This document shows, in pieces, positions 1-9,169 of a stretch of 64,000 bases of DNA (positions are counted from its first letter, which is position 1; the number at the start of each line of letters is the position of its first letter). This DNA comes from Cypionkella sp. (GTDB lineage: Bacteria; Pseudomonadota; Alphaproteobacteria; Rhodobacterales; Rhodobacteraceae). The stretch lies in NCBI GenBank assembly GCA_025458525.1, contig JALOSF010000002.1, positions 1,159 to 65,158 of the forward strand, written 5' to 3'. A program made the translations under genes and the position numbers. Under the pieces are notes generated by a model. It ran no database searches. It saw nothing but the letters and a program-made list of their open reading frames with translations, and had not been told where the DNA came from.

Positions 1-39
1 TCGCGGGCAGGATTTCCCCGGGAATCATCTGCGCCGCCC

Positions 40-609
40 CTAGGCCATGGCCAGTGCAAGACCGGCCACCGCCGTGCCCGCGCCAAAGGCCCGCGCGACA
101 CCCCGCGCCGACAGGGCCTGCAAGACCAGCCCAAGCGCCAGCCCCGCCCCGTGCAGCGCCGCAGTCGCCAAGGCAAATCCGGCGGCATAGGCGGCCAGCC
201 CCGCAGCCGGCCCCTCGGTGCCATGGGCATGGCCGTGGAACAGGCCAAACACCGCCACCACCGCCACGCACAGCGCCAGCGGCAGCCGCAGCGCCAGCGC
301 CGCCAGCACCCCGATCAGCACGATCGAGGCCAGGATCATCGGCTCCACCCCCGGCAGGCCCGCCCCCAGCGCGCCCATCGCGCCCCCGGCCAGCATCGCC
401 GCGACAAAGCCAAGCGGCAGCGCCCAAAGCGCCCGCCCGCCGCTGACCGCCGCCCAGAGCCCGACCGCGATCATGGCCAGCACATGGTCGGCCCCGCCCA
501 CGGGATGCAGCAGCCCCGACAGAAACGGCGCGCCGCTGGGATGCCCGTCATGCGCCAAGGCGGGGGCTGCAAGGCAGACCAGAAGCGCAGGCATGAGAAG
601 TCGAAACAT
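40..609 (-). CDS. ureJ: HupE/UreJ family nickel-handling membrane protein
   Basis: Signal peptide then AHDGH; GLLHPVGGADHVLAMIAVGLWAA and FHGHAHG motifs; lies in the urease operon. Confidence 0.85.
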   Translation of the reverse strand: MFRLLMPALLVCLAAPALAHDGHPSGAPFLSGLLHPVGGADHVLAMIAVGLWAAVSGGRALWALPLGFVAAMLAGGAMGALGAGLPGVEPMILASIVLIGVLAALALRLPLALCVAVVAVFGLFHGHAHGTEGPAAGLAAYAAGFALATAALHGAGLALGLVLQALSARGVARAFGAGTAVAGLALAMA

Positions 610-621
610 GGCAGGACCTTT

Positions 622-924
622 CTAGCGGATCGGGTGGTGGACGGTGACAAGTTTGGTGCCGTCGGGAAACGTCGCCTCGACCTGCACGGAATGGATCATT
701 TCGGGCACGCCCGGCATACATTGCTCGGCGGTGATCACCTGCGCCCCCGCCTCCATCAGATCGGCGACCCGGCGGCCATCGCGCGCGCCCTCGACCACGA
801 AATCGGTGATCAGGGCAATCGCCTCGGGGTGGTTCAGCTTGACGCCGCGCGCAAGCCTGCCCCGCGCCACCATGGCGGCAAGGCTGACCAGCAACTTGTC
901 CTTTTCGCGAGGGGTCAGGTTCAT
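622..924 (-). CDS. ureA: Urease subunit gamma
   Basis: [12 protein letters not shown]...[20 protein letters not shown], 100 aa; GGAG RBS upstream. Confidence 0.97.
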   Translation of the reverse strand: MNLTPREKDKLLVSLAAMVARGRLARGVKLNHPEAIALITDFVVEGARDGRRVADLMEAGAQVITAEQCMPGVPEMIHSVQVEATFPDGTKLVTVHHPIR

Positions 925-934
925 CGCATCTCCT

Positions 935-1765
935 TCACATTTGCCAGACGCGCGGCAGGGCCGCACCCTTGCGCAACACGGCCAGCGCGCGGGCAATCTG
1001 GCGCCGCATCGGCCAGCCATCCGCCGCCAACAGCCGCAGCAGGAGCCGCCCGTCGAGGGCCGAAGCCGCGCAGGTCACGCCCGGCTCGTCCAGAACCGCG
1101 CGCAACGGCGCCAGCAGATCGGCGGCCCCCTCGCCCACCATGGCGATCGAGGCAAAGGCCCGCGCGCCGCCAAGCCCCGCCAGACCGCTGCGCAAGGCCA
1201 GCGCGCCCAGCCGCAGCGGTTCGACCAAGACGGGGCGACCTGCCTGTCTGATCTCGCGCCAGTCGCGCAGCATCACCTGCGTCACCGTCTCGCCCATCGC
1301 GGCACGGCCCAGCACCACCGACTCCAGCATCAGACAGCCAGCCCCGGGTGCAAGGTCGATCACGCTGCGCCGGTCCAGCGCGCTTTGGTCGAACAGGATG
1401 GTTTCCTGCGGCAACCAGTCGATCCAGCCGCCCGCGCCCACCGAAAGCGTCACCCGGACCCGCGCCGTGCCCGCCGCCGCGCGATAGGCGCGCTCGGCGG
1501 TTTGCGTGGTGGCAACGGCCTGCGCGCCCGGCCCAAGCGTCACCGCATAGGACAAGGCGTCGCCGCCGGTCAGCCCGCCGGAGGTGTTGAGAAAAACCAG
1601 CTCTGGCCGTCCACCGCGCCCCGCCGCGCCATAGGGCAGAATGCATTTGGCCGACCCCTGCTGGCGCAGCCCGGCCAGCCGCAAGCCCGCTGATCCGCAG
1701 ACCAGCGTGGCCGAGGCCTCGCCCCGGCTGCGCTCCATCGGTTGCTGAACTGCTGCTGCGAACAT
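935..1765 (-). CDS. ureD: Urease accessory protein UreD
   Basis: [36 protein letters not shown] motifs; directly upstream of ureA. Confidence 0.93.
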   Translation of the reverse strand: MFAAAVQQPMERSRGEASATLVCGSAGLRLAGLRQQGSAKCILPYGAAGRGGRPELVFLNTSGGLTGGDALSYAVTLGPGAQAVATTQTAERAYRAAAGTARVRVTLSVGAGGWIDWLPQETILFDQSALDRRSVIDLAPGAGCLMLESVVLGRAAMGETVTQVMLRDWREIRQAGRPVLVEPLRLGALALRSGLAGLGGARAFASIAMVGEGAADLLAPLRAVLDEPGVTCAASALDGRLLLRLLAADGWPMRRQIARALAVLRKGAALPRVWQM

Positions 1766-1929
1766 GGTCCCCCGCTTTGTCCGTCACGCTGCGGCGGGGG
1801 CACCAAAGGCTCAACCACTGACCTGTCGCCTGGGCGCAGGGTCAGCCCTCAAAGCCGGTATTGCGCGCAAATCTTGGGCAATACGCACAATTTTTACGCG
1901 AAAAACTGATCGCGCCCTGCGTGCGGGCC

Positions 1930-2586
1930 TTAATAGGCACCACGCGCGGCGGCCACAGCCCCAAAGGTGCGCAAAATCAACGCAAGATCGCCGCGCAGGC
2001 TGGCCGTGCGCAGATAGGCGATGTCGAGCGCGACCATCTGGTCAAAGCCGATGTCGGCGCGCCCCGAGACCTGCCAAAGCCCTGTCAAACCCGGCAGCCC
2101 CGCCAGCCGCTGCATCGCCTCGGGCGAATAGCGCGCCACCTCCTCGGGCAGCGCCGGGCGTGGGCCGACCAGCGACATATCCCCGACCAGCACGTTCCAC
2201 AGCTGCGGCAGCTCGTCCAGCGACGAGCGGCGCAGGAAACGGCCCACCGGTGTCACGCGGGGGTCATCCTTGTGCTTGAAACACAGACCATCCCGGTCCG
2301 ATTGCGCCAGCAGCGCCGCGCGCCGGGCCTCGGCATCGGGATACATGCTGCGGAACTTGACCATCCGAAAGCGCCGGCCGTTTTTGCCGACGCGGGTCTG
2401 GAAGAACAGCACCGGCCCGCGCGACGTAATCCGCACCAGAAGCGCGAGAAGTCCCACCACCGGCAGCAGCACCGGCAGGGCAAGCAGGATCAGGATCACA
2501 TCCAGCACCCGCTTGTGCCGGGCGGGCGATACGGCAGGGGCATGGTCCGGCGCCATCTGTGGCCGGGCAAAGGTAAAAGCAGTCAT
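1930..2586 (-). CDS. Bacterial sugar transferase (priming phosphoglycosyltransferase)
   Basis: KRVLD, KFRSM, DDPRVT, LDELPQLWNVL-GDMSLVGPRP, PGLTGLWQVSGR. Confidence 0.92.
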   Translation of the reverse strand: MTAFTFARPQMAPDHAPAVSPARHKRVLDVILILLALPVLLPVVGLLALLVRITSRGPVLFFQTRVGKNGRRFRMVKFRSMYPDAEARRAALLAQSDRDGLCFKHKDDPRVTPVGRFLRRSSLDELPQLWNVLVGDMSLVGPRPALPEEVARYSPEAMQRLAGLPGLTGLWQVSGRADIGFDQMVALDIAYLRTASLRGDLALILRTFGAVAAARGAY

Positions 2587-2764
2587 GTGGCAGCATCCCC
2601 AAGGCGCGCCGGATATCCGGCTGCCCGGTCATACTTTGGAATCGCCTGTTCCTTCAGGGGAATTTGGGCGCAGGCGGATCAGATCCGGCAAAGTGACGTG
2701 GCGTCACAGGGCCGCTATCAACCCAAGGTTGACGACAGGTCACTCCACGCGCGAGGGACGGCGA

Positions 2765-3688
2765 TCAGGCGCCGCGCAAAAGCGCCTCAACCTCGGCCCG
2801 GGTCGGCATGGCGCTGGCGGCCCCGTGCCGGGTGACGGAAATCCCCGCCACCGCTGTGCCAAACCGCAGGGCCTGTTCCATGCTGGCACCCTCGGCCAAA
2901 GCCACCGCCAGACCGCCGTTGAACGCGTCGCCCGCGCCGGTCGTATCCACCACCGGACCGGGCGCCCGGGCCGGCACATGAAGGCTCTGCCCGTCCTTGC
3001 GATAGAGCACGCCCTTTGCGCCCAAGGTGATGATGGCCGCGCCCACGCCGCGCTGCATCAGCCGGTCTGCCGCCGCCTCGGCATCGGCAAGGCTGCTGAC
3101 ACTGACGCCGGTCAGCCCTTCGGCCTCGGATTCGTTGGGGGTGATCAGATCGCACAGACCGAGCAGCCCGTCGCTCAACGCCGCGGCGGGCGCGGGGTTC
3201 AGGATGGTGCGCACCCCGGCCGCGCGGGCAAGGCGCAGACCATGCTCTGCGGCGTCCAGCGGTTGTTCCAGCTGGGTCACGAAGATGCCGGCGCTTTCGA
3301 TCAGCGCGCGTCGCGCCTCGACATCGGCCACCGAAATCCGCGCCGCTGCCCCTTGGGCCACGATGATGGCGTTCTGTCCCGTCGCCGCCTCCAGAAAGAT
3401 GAAGGCAGAGCCTGTATAGCTTTCGGGATCTTCGGTCACTTCGGGCGTGACCCCGGCACCGCGCCACAGATCGCGCGCCATATCGGCAAAGGCATCGCGG
3501 CCCAGCCGGGTGATGATATGCACATCCCCCCCCGCACGCGCCGCCGCGACCGACTGGTTCGATCCCTTGCCACCCGGCCCCAGCATGAAATGCTGGCCCA
3601 GGATGGTTTCCCCCAGACGCGGCAGCCGTTCAGCGCGATAGGCGGCATCGGCCACGAAAATCCCAAGAATGACAATCTTTTGAGTCAT
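2765..3688 (-). CDS. rbsK: Ribokinase / PfkB family sugar kinase
   Basis: GPGGKGSNQSVAAAR, PNESE and DTTGAGDAFNG PfkB signatures. Confidence 0.85.
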   Translation of the reverse strand: MTQKIVILGIFVADAAYRAERLPRLGETILGQHFMLGPGGKGSNQSVAAARAGGDVHIITRLGRDAFADMARDLWRGAGVTPEVTEDPESYTGSAFIFLEAATGQNAIIVAQGAAARISVADVEARRALIESAGIFVTQLEQPLDAAEHGLRLARAAGVRTILNPAPAAALSDGLLGLCDLITPNESEAEGLTGVSVSSLADAEAAADRLMQRGVGAAIITLGAKGVLYRKDGQSLHVPARAPGPVVDTTGAGDAFNGGLAVALAEGASMEQALRFGTAVAGISVTRHGAASAMPTRAEVEALLRGA

Positions 3689-3692
3689 GTTC

Positions 3693-4145
3693 TTACTCCT
3701 GTGGTCCAATCACGCCCTTGCGCAGCATGAAACAGCCATAGAACCGCCGTTCCCCGGTCTGGATCACCGCATAGGCCCGCCGCGCCAGATCGTAAAAGGC
3801 AAACCGTTCTACCCCCGGCAAGGGGCGCGGGCGGCCTTCGGCACGATCCACCTCGGCCTGAACTTCGGCCTGCACCTCGGGCAGCGCGGCGGGATCGCCC
3901 ACAACCTGCATGCGGCCGGCAAAATCATCGACAAAGGTATCCAGCGGCAGCACCGACAAGATGGCCTGCACCGCCTGTGCCGCCGTCAGATTGTCCATCC
4001 GCAACAGCCGCCCCACCGGTGTCACCCGCGCGATGCTGTCGGCCGGAAAATTGGTGTCCACCACAACGATATAGTCGCCGTGCCCCATCGCCCGCAACGT
4101 GCCCAACACCTCGGCGTTCAGGCGGTGATCAAGTCCTTTGAGCAT
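3693..4145 (-). CDS. RbsD/FucU family sugar mutarotase/pyranase
   Basis: MLKG...MGHGD..VVVDTNFP...RFAFY...TGERRFYG; adjacent to the kinase. Confidence 0.88.
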   Translation of the reverse strand: MLKGLDHRLNAEVLGTLRAMGHGDYIVVVDTNFPADSIARVTPVGRLLRMDNLTAAQAVQAILSVLPLDTFVDDFAGRMQVVGDPAALPEVQAEVQAEVDRAEGRPRPLPGVERFAFYDLARRAYAVIQTGERRFYGCFMLRKGVIGPQE

Positions 4146-4236
4146 GGCATCCCCCCTTTGATCTTCGGGGCGCAGACTGCCCCGGTCCGGCCCGCGCCGC
4201 AAGGGGCAAGACGCAGGGAAAATGAACCGCCAGCCG

Positions 4237-4965
4237 CTACAGAATGGGGCGCTTCTCCGCCGGGCCATCGCCCAGATTGGCAAGCTCTGCCAAGGGTTTG
4301 CGGTCGGGAATGTGCAGCACGCCGCGCGACCAGTCCAGCAGGCCCGCGGCGCGGAACTTCTGAAGCCGCTTGTTGGTATGCACCAAGGACAGGCCCAGCG
4401 CGTCGGCGATATCCTGCTGGCGATAGGGAAAGGGCATCCGGTCATCGACGACCAGCCCAAGGCTTTGACCGCGGCGGAAAATCCGCAAGAACGCCCAAGC
4501 CATCGCGGCCGAGGCATCGCGCTGGCCGATCGTGGCCACGGTCTCGCCCAGAAAATGTTCCTCGACCGCGGCGATCCAGGTCAGGTCATAGGCGCGGGCG
4601 GGGCTGGTCTGGAACAGCGACCACAGCGCCGAGCGATCGAAAACGCACAGAACCATCGGGGTCGTTGCCTCGACCGAATGGCCCATCTCGCCCATCAGCC
4701 CGGCCTGAAGCCCCAGAAAATCGCCCGGAAAGATCAGGTTAAGCACCTGCCGCCGCCCGTCCTCCAATGTCTTGTGACGCAGGCCAAGACCGCTCAACAC
4801 CGTGTAAAGCTGTCCGCTCGCCTGCCCCTCGGACAGGATCGTCGCGCCGCGCCCAACCGACAACTCCCCCTTCTTGAAGGTCTCCATGAACCGGATTTCT
4901 TCCTCTGTCATGGGCAAAAAAGCCTCGCATTGCCGCAGCGGGCAGGACCGGCAACTGGTTTTCAT
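4237..4965 (-). CDS. Crp/Fnr family transcriptional regulator with N-terminal Cys cluster
   Basis: CRSCPLRQC N-terminus, cNMP-binding-like FPGDFLG, HTH QQDIADALGLSLVHTNKRL. Confidence 0.9.
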   Translation of the reverse strand: MKTSCRSCPLRQCEAFLPMTEEEIRFMETFKKGELSVGRGATILSEGQASGQLYTVLSGLGLRHKTLEDGRRQVLNLIFPGDFLGLQAGLMGEMGHSVEATTPMVLCVFDRSALWSLFQTSPARAYDLTWIAAVEEHFLGETVATIGQRDASAAMAWAFLRIFRRGQSLGLVVDDRMPFPYRQQDIADALGLSLVHTNKRLQKFRAAGLLDWSRGVLHIPDRKPLAELANLGDGPAEKRPIL

Positions 4966-4991
4966 GTTTTCTCCGCAGCTATGTCACAGTT

Positions 4992-5017
4992 AACTGCGCA
5001 GCGTTCGGATTGGTTCC
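4992..5017 (-). promoter_or_regulatory. Sigma-EcfG-type promoter upstream of the Crp/Fnr gene
   Basis: Minus strand GGAAC-N17-AGTT (consensus GGAAC-N16/17-CGTT). Confidence 0.65.
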
Positions 5018-5050
5018 ATGACGGTCCCTCGGTTTTACGAGGAACATGTC

Positions 5051-5410
5051 ATGCAACATACCGTGCTGATCCAGGACCCTGACGCCCTGATCCGCATAGA
5101 CCTTGCGCAGACCGTGCTGGATCTGTGGCCCGACGCCAGCGTGATCCTGTGCAAGGACGCGCAGCAGATCGCGCAGACGGTGGCAGGCGGGGTGCGGCCG
5201 GGGGTCTTGATCCTGCGCCAGTCGCTGCGGGGGCTGCGGGGCGCCAATCTGGCCGACTGGGCCGCCGCGTCGGGCGCGCGCGTCATCCTGACCGGCGTCG
5301 ATGACGGAGAGGCGCCCAGCATCGCCTCTCTGGGCTGGAGCACGCTTGACATGCCCTTTTCCGCGGCGCATTTGCGTCGGGTCCTTCAGCCGGGCTGCAA
5401 TGACCGCTGA
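5051..5410 (+). CDS. Single-domain receiver-like protein (degenerate)
   Basis: REC-like pattern (VLIQDPDALIRIDL...VLILR...VILTG...LDMPF); GAGG RBS; phospho-Asp and conserved Lys appear absent. Confidence 0.6.
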   Translation: MQHTVLIQDPDALIRIDLAQTVLDLWPDASVILCKDAQQIAQTVAGGVRPGVLILRQSLRGLRGANLADWAAASGARVILTGVDDGEAPSIASLGWSTLDMPFSAAHLRRVLQPGCNDR

Positions 5411-5497
5411 TGCCATGCAAAAGCGATTGCAAAGCCAAAAGCCTGCGATACCCTCGCCGGTGCAGCCAGGGTGCGGGCCGACCTCAAGGGAAGCTGA

Positions 5498-6505
5498 ATG
5501 GAACAATTGCGACTCTGGGCTGTGGCGGAACGCAGCCCGCTGTATCAATGGGTCTTTGCGATTTTGGCCATTGTGATCGCGGTCGGATCGCGGGCCTATC
5601 TGGACCACGCGCTGCCGCCGGGCTTTCCGTATCTGACCTTGTTTCCGGCGGTGATCCTGACCGGTTATTTCGCCGGAACCCGGGCCGGGATTGCGGTGGC
5701 CGTCGTCTGCGGGATTGCGGCCTGGTATCTGTTTCTTGAACCCGTCAACAGCTTTGCCTTGACCCCGCCCAGCATTCTGGCGCTGGTGTTCTACATGTTC
5801 ATCGTGACCACCGACCTCGTGCTCATTCACGCGATGCGCTATGCGCTGAGCACGCTGGAGGTGGAAAAGGACCGCTCGGACACGCTGGCGCAGGCCAACA
5901 AGACCATGTTCCATGAATTACAGCACCGGGTGTCGAACAACCTTCAGGTGGTTTCGTCCCTGCTCAAGATGCAGCGGCGCAACGTGGCCGATGAAAGCGC
6001 CCGCGCGGCGCTGGATGTGGCCTCGGCCCGGTTGCAGGTGGTGGCCAGCATCCAGCGCCAGTTGCACAACCCCAAACGCCAGACGACCGACATGGGGCAG
6101 CTGATGCGCGATGTGCTGCCCGAAGTGGTCAGCAGCTCGGCCCTGTCCGACCGCGTGGTGCTTGATTTCGACGTGGAGCCGGTGATCGTCACCGGCGATC
6201 AGGCGACCCCGCTTGCGCTCATCATCGTGGAACTGGTGTCGAATGCGGTCGAACATGCCGCCGCGTCACACCGGATGACGCATCTGCACCTGACCATGCG
6301 CAGCCGCGGCCCGGAGGCGATCATCATCGTGCAGGATGACGGCGACGGTCTGCCTGCCGATTTCGTGCCGGAAAAGTCGCGCAGTCTGGGCCTGCGGGTC
6401 GCGCTGCAATTCACCGAGCAGCTGGGCGGCAAGCTGGTGTTTGAAACCGTCAATGGCGCGCGGGTGACGCTGACCATCCCGCTGGAGCGGTCGGCCCCCC
6501 ACTGA
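5498..6505 (+). CDS. Membrane sensor histidine kinase (DUF4118-like TM region, HisKA_2/HWE type)
   Basis: About four TM segments, H-box ELQHRVSNNLQ (HRxxN), ELVSNAVEH, DDGDG, SLGL. Confidence 0.9.
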   Translation: MEQLRLWAVAERSPLYQWVFAILAIVIAVGSRAYLDHALPPGFPYLTLFPAVILTGYFAGTRAGIAVAVVCGIAAWYLFLEPVNSFALTPPSILALVFYMFIVTTDLVLIHAMRYALSTLEVEKDRSDTLAQANKTMFHELQHRVSNNLQVVSSLLKMQRRNVADESARAALDVASARLQVVASIQRQLHNPKRQTTDMGQLMRDVLPEVVSSSALSDRVVLDFDVEPVIVTGDQATPLALIIVELVSNAVEHAAASHRMTHLHLTMRSRGPEAIIIVQDDGDGLPADFVPEKSRSLGLRVALQFTEQLGGKLVFETVNGARVTLTIPLERSAPH

Positions 6506-6511
6506 TCCGGG

Positions 6512-7123
6512 TCAGAGCAGCCACAGCACCGCCGCAAGCGCCAGCCCGGCAAGGCACAGCGCGACAAGCGCCACCCGCACCCGCCCGGTCAGCATCGACA
6601 GGGCACAGGCCGAAACCAGCGCCGCCACGATGGACGAGGTGAAGGGGATCACCTCCATCACCGGCATGCACAGGCCAAGCACAAGGCACAACAGCGCAAG
6701 CGCGGGCGACCACCACGCCTGCCCCCCGCCACCGGGCCGGGCCGGGGCAATCCCGTCCAGCCGCCGTGCCGGACGGCGCAGCCACACCAGCGCCTTACGC
6801 AGCGCAGGCCCCGGCAAGGTGCGGCGGCGCAGGCCATCGGGCAGCCAGACCTTGGAGCGGCGCAAGACCATCTGCCCGGCGATCAGCGCGATCACGATCC
6901 CGCCCATGATCGATGCGCCGGGGATCCCGCTCAGCGGTGACACAAGCAGCAAGGCCGGCACAAGCAGCACCGCCGCCATCGAGGATGGCCCCATGGCATC
7001 GACCAGATCGCCGATCGCCACCCGCTCGGCCCCGCGTGACGCCCGGTGCAGATGCCGGACCACCGACCGCAGATCGGCAGGATGGGCGGCGTGCGGGTCC
7101 CGGCGGGGCTGCGGGTCGGACAT
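6512..7123 (-). CDS. ExoD-family exopolysaccharide biosynthesis membrane protein
   Basis: SPLSGIPG, QMVLRRSKVWLP and MEVIPFTSS motifs; hydrophobic. Confidence 0.8.
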   Translation of the reverse strand: MSDPQPRRDPHAAHPADLRSVVRHLHRASRGAERVAIGDLVDAMGPSSMAAVLLVPALLLVSPLSGIPGASIMGGIVIALIAGQMVLRRSKVWLPDGLRRRTLPGPALRKALVWLRRPARRLDGIAPARPGGGGQAWWSPALALLCLVLGLCMPVMEVIPFTSSIVAALVSACALSMLTGRVRVALVALCLAGLALAAVLWLL

Positions 7124-7246
7124 GGTGACAGGCGATCCTTCAGGGGGCCGTGGAGGGGGCCAAAGACAGACTGGCCCGACAGGGGCCACACAGCAAACCG
7201 GGGCGGCCAACCCGACAGCGCCGGATCGCGCAAAGACCCCTTGCGC

Positions 7247-7272
7247 AACGCAAGGCGCCCCGTTGCGGTTCC
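7247..7272 (-). promoter_or_regulatory. Sigma-EcfG-type promoter upstream of the exoD-like gene
   Basis: Minus strand GGAAC-N17-CGTT. Confidence 0.7.
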
Positions 7273-7338
7273 GCCGCGGGCCATCCGCCCCGGTCGCACA
7301 GGGAAGTGGGCAAGGTCCCGCCGATCTGCAAGGGGGCG

Positions 7339-7365
7339 GGAACCAAACCGGCCCCCTGCGACGTT
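7339..7365 (+). promoter_or_regulatory. Possible sigma-EcfG-type promoter
   Basis: GGAAC-N18-CGTT; spacer is 1 nt longer than consensus. Confidence 0.45.
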
Positions 7366-7420
7366 ATGGGTGTGTGGCCCCCCGCAGCAGATCCTGCCGC
7401 GGCCCTTACGGAGCGATGTG

Positions 7421-7864
7421 ATGACCTCTACCAACCCCGTGCTGCCCCCATCCCACCCCGTCCCCCGGCCCCCCGCCGCCATCGCGGCCGCCCCCGTCAC
7501 GGCGCCAAGCCTGCGGGCGCCCTGGCTTCAGGCGCTGATCCGGGCGGGCGCGCAACTTTCGAATGCCGATTGCAGCGTAACCGAGGTGCGCCCCGAGGCG
7601 CGCGATGCGGTCCATTACGTGCGGTGCAGCGCAAGTCCGGGCGCGGTCGGGCCGGATTTCCTGTCGGCCATGGCGCAGGCGCGGCGGCTTGTGGCCTTGG
7701 GTGCCCGGCGCATCGTATTCCTGACGGACGGCGATCATGTCGATGACCGGCTTTATCAATCGCTGCATTGCTTCTCGCGCCATTCCGCCCGCGCGCTGTC
7801 GTCACAAGGTGCCGAATTCGCGGTCATTCCCGTGCATCACCCCGAAGCCGCCCGCGCTCTGTAA
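7421..7864 (+). CDS. Hypothetical protein
   Basis: GGAG RBS upstream, Pro-rich N-terminus, coding-like codon usage, terminator downstream. Confidence 0.55.
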   Translation: MTSTNPVLPPSHPVPRPPAAIAAAPVTAPSLRAPWLQALIRAGAQLSNADCSVTEVRPEARDAVHYVRCSASPGAVGPDFLSAMAQARRLVALGARRIVFLTDGDHVDDRLYQSLHCFSRHSARALSSQGAEFAVIPVHHPEAARAL

Positions 7865-7982
7865 CGCGATCCGGGTCATGCGATCCGGGCGGGCCAAACG
7901 GCCCCGCTCTGGCCCGGCACGCCGCCGGGCCATTTCGCGGGCAAGCCGCCTGCGATGATCCATCACGCCCTGACCGGCAAGC

Positions 7983-8015
7983 AAAAAGGCCGCACCAAAA
8001 CGGCGCGGCCTTCTT
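7983..8015. terminator. Probable bidirectional intrinsic terminator
   Basis: AAAAAGGCCGC...GCGGCCTTCTT hairpin between convergent genes. Confidence 0.55.
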
Positions 8016-8040
8016 GATGCAGCTCTGCGCCTCTGCGCTG

Positions 8041-8214
8041 TTACACCGGCGGGCGACCCCGAACCGCGCGGGCGATCATCGCGACCACGAACAGCACGAT
8101 AAACACAAAGAACAGGATTTGCGCGATCGAGGCCGAGGCCCCGGCAATGCCGCCAAAGCCCAATGCGGCTGCGATCAAGGCCACAACCAGAAACGTCAAT
8201 GCCCATCCAAGCAT
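8041..8214 (-). CDS. DUF1328 (YtjA-like) small membrane protein, 57 aa, not in the ORF track
   Basis: Hand translation: [57 protein letters not shown]; AAAGGA RBS. Confidence 0.9.
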   Translation of the reverse strand: MLGWALTFLVVALIAAALGFGGIAGASASIAQILFFVFIVLFVVAMIARAVRGRPPV

Positions 8215-8271
8215 GTTGATATCCTTTCGATTTGAGTTTTCAATCCACGCCTCAGGCGTTCATGCCAAGCC

Positions 8272-8297
8272 AACGCCGGCAAATCGCCTGTGGTTCC
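8272..8297 (-). promoter_or_regulatory. Sigma-EcfG-type promoter upstream of the DUF1328 gene
   Basis: Minus strand GGAAC-N17-CGTT. Confidence 0.75.
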
Positions 8298-8447
8298 CAG
8301 AGCGGCAAAAGAAAGCCGATGGCCCGCCCCCTTTGGCCGTTCGCCGGCAGTGGCCCGCGCATCAGCGCCGCGCGGACCCGGTGTCACGACAGCATTGTCC
8401 CGCCGACCGGCTGCACCAGAAAATGTTTGACCAAGCGCGTTTTTGAT

Positions 8448-8472
8448 GGAACCCGTTCGTCTGGCCTGCGTT
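8448..8472 (+). promoter_or_regulatory. Sigma-EcfG-type promoter upstream of the PLDc_N operon
   Basis: GGAAC-N16-CGTT. Confidence 0.75.
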
Positions 8473-8534
8473 TGATATCCAGACCGTCGCGGAATCGCCC
8501 GGCACATGAACCGACCACACAGGACCTCTCCGCG

Positions 8535-8741
8535 ATGACACAACTGAGCATGTTTGAACTCTCCGGCTTTGGTGGCCTTCTGATCCTGGCGCTTGACCTG
8601 TGGGCGATCATTTCGGTGTTCGGCTCCAGCGCCTCGACCGGCAAGAAGGTTTTGTGGACGCTGCTGATCATCTTCCTGCCGATCCTTGGGTTCCTGCTGT
8701 GGCTGGTGTTCGGCCCAAGGGCCGCCGCGCGCAGCATCTGA
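8535..8741 (+). CDS. Stand-alone PLDc N-terminal-domain small membrane protein
   Basis: LDLWAIISVFGS...KKVLWTLLIIFLPILGFLLWLVFGPR; two TM helices. Confidence 0.8.
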   Translation: MTQLSMFELSGFGGLLILALDLWAIISVFGSSASTGKKVLWTLLIIFLPILGFLLWLVFGPRAAARSI

Positions 8742-8763
8742 CACCGGCAGGACAGGACAGCGC

Positions 8764-9144
8764 ATGGCAAAGACCGGCTTCGAAGGGCTGCTCGTCCCGC
8801 TGATCGACCTTGTTCTGCTGGGGCGGCGCTGGCTTCGGTTGCGGCTTGCGCTTGCCCGCGCCGATCTGCGCCAAAGGGCGGGTCTTGTGCTGGTGGCTGT
8901 CGTGCTTGGGCTGTTCGCCCTGCTCCTGCTCGGGATCATGCTGGTCCTGCTGGTGCAGGCCGGGCTTCTGGGCCTTGCGCTGCTGGGCCTCAGCCCGCTT
9001 CAGGTGCTGCTTGCCGGGTCTGCGGCCCTGCTGATGCTGGCGCTGATCTTTGGTCTGATCGCACGGTCCTGCCTGCGTCGGGCCACGCTTCCCCCTCCCC
9101 GCTTGCGGGGGCATCGCGCGCGGTCTGCGACGCGGCGCCCCTGA
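8764..9144 (+). CDS. Membrane protein, phage-holin-like / YqjE-like
   Basis: LARADLRQRA followed by two long hydrophobic helices and a basic tail. Confidence 0.55.
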   Translation: MAKTGFEGLLVPLIDLVLLGRRWLRLRLALARADLRQRAGLVLVAVVLGLFALLLLGIMLVLLVQAGLLGLALLGLSPLQVLLAGSAALLMLALIFGLIARSCLRRATLPPPRLRGHRARSATRRP

Positions 9145-9169
9145 CCGAAACCACAAAAAGGAGACTGAC

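Noticed and set aside
2646-2652. GGAAC upstream of the sugar transferase as an EcfG promoter
   Set aside because: No CGTT/GTT element at the proper distance
8764-9144. Holin-like gene as prophage evidence
   Set aside because: No lysin, structural or integrase genes nearby; context is the stress regulon
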